This document shows positions 60,201 to 64,000 of a stretch of 64,000 nt of DNA, piece by piece (positions within the stretch are counted from its first letter, which is position 1; every line of letters starts with the position of its first letter). Where the stretch lies: positions 7,553,705-7,617,704 of the forward strand of contig CM082587.2 in assembly GCA_040954595.2 (NCBI GenBank). The letters are read 5' to 3'. Source of the stretch: Balanoglossus misakiensis. Its lineage: Eukaryota; Animalia; Hemichordata. A program made the position numbers and the translations under genes. The notes under the pieces were generated by a model. It was given only the letters and a program-made list of their open reading frames with translations, searched no databases and was not told the DNA's origin.

Positions 60201-63200
60201 CCTGTTCACAACTATAATGCGCCACCATTACGAAATTCGATCGTGTCAAAACTTGCGCATGTGCATACCTTCCCATTTCTTCAAAGTTGATTGATTGGTT
60301 GGTCCACAGTCAGGGTCGTCCGGTCGGTCGTTAGATTGATCTGCACTATTTCATCAATTGATTGACTGATCGATTGATCGACTAAGGTTAATGACCGATC
60401 GACTGAATAAGTAACTGACAGACTGGTATATTGCTTCATCACAGGTTAGAGAACGTAATTTTGAGGATGATGGCCAAGCTGTTGAGCAATGTTACGGACA
60501 GCAGTGTTGGGAGGAATGTCTCATCTCAAGTGACTTTTTAAATCGACAAAAGGATATTGAAATCTTCAACAGGTAAAATTCACCATTTTGTTAAAATTGT
60601 TTCTCGACCTCTTATAACTCCCTAAAAGACACTTCACAAACAGGAGGGTACATGTTAATACATGTCTCAGGACACACGGCATATTGCGCAACTCCGCTGT
60701 TGCCACCTTTTACTTTCTGGTAGCCTGAGTTCCAATAACATGAGAATAGTTCTGCAATACATTTTTGTTGGTACCGACGATTAGGACGGACGAAAATGAA
60801 CGTTACACAATGTTGTTGTTTCAGGTGTCATAGATGGGTGAAAAGAGGGATTTCGATCATCCCAGTTGACTATATGGTCGGGAATTTTGATAAATCGTAT
60901 CAGATGGTAAGGTTGCATTTTAAGTGCAGTGTTTGCTATGTGAAAGTGTAATCGAACAACTTTTCATTGAACTTCGAAATAACACATTTTCGGGACGATT
61001 TTGATAATTGAAATATCTCTGATTCACATCCTGTAAACACAGAAGCAAGCATTCTTATTTGTTTACTTATGTTATCTCGCAATTAATCCAAAGCCATATG
61101 CTTCACCAAAGGGAACATAAGTCCACAAACAATACAACTTCATAAAGTGACAGAAACATTTTCAATCTTCGAAAACATGTAGCTGCGAGGGTTGGGTGAC
61201 CACTTCCTCAATTATGACATCGCGTTGGGTGAAGAGACTTATATGACAAAAGTAATTTTTTTTGTCTTTCTTACTTTCACTCATTAGCGGTCTCTCGAAA
61301 ATATATATTTAAATCCCTGCATTGCACATGAAGCCAACCACTTCTGGCCATTTTGCTCTGTTTGTGGGAGATAAATAAACACTAAAGACTAACGAGATGG
61401 TCGATTATTTATAGTTTCGGCAATTCGACTTACGTTCCTTTCCTATGGCATTTTCGACAAGCATCAAGCCACGGCAAAAAGTTGTCGACGCTGCGTTCGC
61501 TATTATCAAGACTTTTTCGCATGGTTTATTAATCATTTTTATAGCTGGAATTGCTTTTGTTGGCTCTTCGGGTAGTGGACCCCTCCCAAGTTTGGTAGAC
61601 AGATTGTACCCGTCAAGAACTGGCCATGACTGCCGAGTGTTGCGGCTGTGTTGCTATTTGGGCTGTGCCTCCATCACACGCGTGGTTGAGGGCAGGATAT
61701 GACTCCATTCAACTCATTAAATATTGGCATTTGAGATTGAAGAATAACCCTCTGTTATGTCCACATATTAACAGGGAGGTGCCCTCGTTCTAGTGCACAC
61801 TGATGGATCTGTTTTTCTTAACGTTGGCGGAGTTGAGATGGGACAAGGGCTTCACACCAAGCTTATCCAGATAGCAAGCCACGAACTTGGGATACCAACC
61901 GAGTGCATTGGTGTATCAGCTGCCGGAGTGCAAGTTATACCAAATGTATCTGCAACATCATCGAGTATCAGCACAGATATGAATGGGAATGCTGTAAAGG
62001 TATCGGGAAATACTAAAATCTTACACCCCATGGACCTGTGATCAGATTTCTCACACGAGTTGGGAATATTTTGTCTAACGAGGCACCAACATTTTCACAG
62101 AGGCGAATTTCTGCCTCAACAAATCCTTTCATATTTCTACCGCTCGACGTATTTCTTGTTGTTTGTTTGTTTGTTTGTTTGTTTGTTTGTTTGTTTGTTT
62201 ATTTTTTTGTTTGTTTGTGTGTGTGCTCAAATCTGTCTCCCTAATTATTCTTTCCAGCATGTGCGAATTGTTATCATCATCTGTCAATATCCGATGAGCA
62301 TGAATTATTCTGGGCTCTGAATTCTGTAAACGTTCATCAGTCTCTTGAGAATATGACAAGGGCCTCTTCTATGCATATTTCAGAAACTTCCTTCTCGTGG
62401 ACTTTTAACGCATACACGTCAATAATTTTTCACTGATCAGCATCTACTACCGGTGCATAATTGCAAACTTGTCTTTGATACGTATATGTGCACGGTATCC
62501 TGAAATATAATGCGTAATCATTTTTTTAAAATCTGTTGCACTTTTTATCCAATGAAGAAAGCATGTGAAAAGATCAAAAGCAAACTACAACCGTATGTTG
62601 ATGCCAAACCTGGAGGAACTTGGAAGGAGTGGGTAAGTGGCTGTAAAGCAAACCGGGCACTGTCAGGGTGCACATACAAACGTCAGATGTTTTCGTGAAT
62701 AAGAGAGTTTTCAGTAACTAAGTGGTGGGATGGATGAGGTTTCCTTCATTCTTTATTTTAACTCGCGTGTTCACACACACACACCTACATATAAGTATTT
62801 ACCTAAGCTTGACTGAAATGGTTACTCCCTTAAGTAGGTTTTATACTACGTGCTAGGGGGTAATATCACATTATAATAATCTTTTTCTGGATAAAAGGTT
62901 GACAACTCTGTAGTAAATGTTTGAATAATTGGTATATTAATGTATTTCATGACTTCTTTTTGGTCAAACATGTGTCTGTGTATAGTTAGCATAATAAACT
63001 CATTCGACTTTAATCACATTTTGTTATTTTTTCTCTAACAAAGTTTCAGAATGACCCAAAATCACTGTAGCTTATGAACTTTAACTTCTTAAAAATCGCC
63101 CATCTTGAAATTGTGTCGACCTTTTGAGACTTTCATCACTCACCTAGGTAGGCAGCAATTACTTTTACCTAGAGTAAAAGTACTTTATCATTGCTTTTGA

Positions 63201-63264
63201 AATTTTAATAGGTACTGCAAGCTTATTTGGATGGAATCAACCTTTGTGCAACAGGATTCTTCAC
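47385..63264 (+). CDS. Xanthine dehydrogenase/aldehyde oxidase family molybdo-flavoenzyme, divergent and aldehyde-oxidase-like; 3' end lies beyond the window
   Basis: Approximate exons: 47385-47480, 47838-47895, 48585-48681, 48941-49049, 49262-49450, 49668-49808, 50217-50358, 50582-50749, 51044-51120, 51629-51725, 51887-51996, 52475-52675, 53133-53391, 53868-53970, 54306-54356, 54705-54825, 55118-55237, 55491-55712, 56580-56713, 57443-57617, 59562-59753, 60444-60572, 60825-60906, 61774-61999, 62558-62632, 63212-63264. Motifs: 2Fe-2[29 protein letters not shown]; FAD domain LVAGN, RNTATLGG; Moco domain [30 protein letters not shown]. Confidence 0.93.
47896..48584 (+). other. U12-like intron with a variant donor in the XDH/AOX-like gene
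   Basis: Donor GTATCCACAC; branch site TTTTCCTTAAT at 48563-48573, followed by A-rich TAAAACCAAAG with no pyrimidine tract. Splicing restores [18 protein letters not shown]. Confidence 0.8.
51180..51590 (+). repeat. (TATG)n microsatellite of ~410 bp with internal variants
   Basis: Direct inspection. It generates the spurious MYVC/HTYI ORFs. Confidence 0.98.
57680..59362. repeat. Compound microsatellite (TATG)n-(TGCA)n-(CATA)n plus three identical 48-bp units separated by microsatellite tracts
   Basis: About 1.1 kb of pure TATG to ~58784, mixed TGCA/CATA to ~58950, then CATA to 59014. The unit CTGAAACTTAGCCCAATACTGAATCTCACCCAAAGGCAAACAAATATA occurs at 59015, 59089 and 59315. Confidence 0.97.
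62156..62216 (+). repeat. (TTTG)n microsatellite
   Basis: Direct inspection. Confidence 0.9.
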
Positions 63265-64000
63265 GTAAGTTCTACTTAGTATTCTAGATCTGTATGTGTT
63301 AGGTGTTGTGGTGTGATAGCGAAATTTATGACGGTGACATTAAGTACAGACAGACAGACATACGAACGGACAGCAGGCAGACACACACATCCACACACAA
63401 GGTCAGCAGTAGTCAAATAGTTTAAATTCAATCGGATGGACATAATTATATCAATGGTGTAAAGTAACGTCATGCAAATGCAAGCACTATATCATTATGG
63501 TTTCTCCTATGATGATGTCCGATGCATGATGAAGATATTACATAGAGCAAAGAAATAACACAATCAAAATCTCCTTAACTGTCCATTAGTTATTTACCAA
63601 GGTGACTGTTTCGGGGGATTTGAAAACAATACAGTCAACTGCATTGGCTCTCCAAGCAGTACAGATCAAGTCCTTCAGTTAGTCGGAGTCTGATGTTATG
63701 TATGATGTCAGGTCTTCTCTTGTTGCATTGAATTTTTCAAATACATTTACCGGTAGAAGATTATGTCTGGGCATAGCCTTTTGAAACTGTCTGATGATTT
63801 TATGTTCTCCTTCCTGAAACAATTAATATCCTGTTGTATAGGCTGGCAACTTTCAGAATAAAGTCTTGTATTAGTAGTGTTGCACGAGCAATGCAGGGAT
63901 ATTCTGACAATATAGTGCCATAAAGGCTATTTAAAGGCTGTTATTTTCGCGATATGGCATTCGCACTGTGAAAAACTCGCAAACATCGCGCTTGTCAAAA

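Noticed and set aside
61540-61705. GC-richer intronic segment with small hairpins (possible SINE core or snoRNA)
   Set aside because: No identifiable pol III A/B boxes or C/D or H/ACA boxes, and no second copy in the window. An Rfam/Dfam search would be needed.

Overview
Intron-rich animal genomic DNA, probably an invertebrate deuterostome. This assignment is an inference from human-like intron positions and the repeat content. Genes reconstructed by hand from splice sites and conceptual translation: histidyl-tRNA synthetase (+, 7211-13556), histidine ammonia-lyase (+, 20231-28594), an orphan SAM-methyltransferase exon (-, 29472-29667), a divergent PRD-like homeobox gene (+, 32955-34926), chondroitin sulfate synthase (-, 35837-38678), an intronless protein with three GT31 galactosyltransferase domains (-, 39642-42587) and a xanthine dehydrogenase-family molybdo-flavoenzyme (+, from 47385, running off the window). 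Repeats include a higher-order minisatellite, several MITEs and long microsatellites. Main observations: (1) HisRS and histidase lie in tandem, and both lack their usual N-terminal appended domains. (2) HisRS intron 1 holds a candidate mitochondrial first exon and two ATF4-type CARE motifs. (3) Three genes carry U12-type introns, one with a non-consensus donor. (4) The XDH paralogue has a rewritten substrate pocket. (5) The homeodomain has R47/N50 plus both Groucho and CtBP motifs. No database searches were possible, so homology calls rest on recognised motifs.
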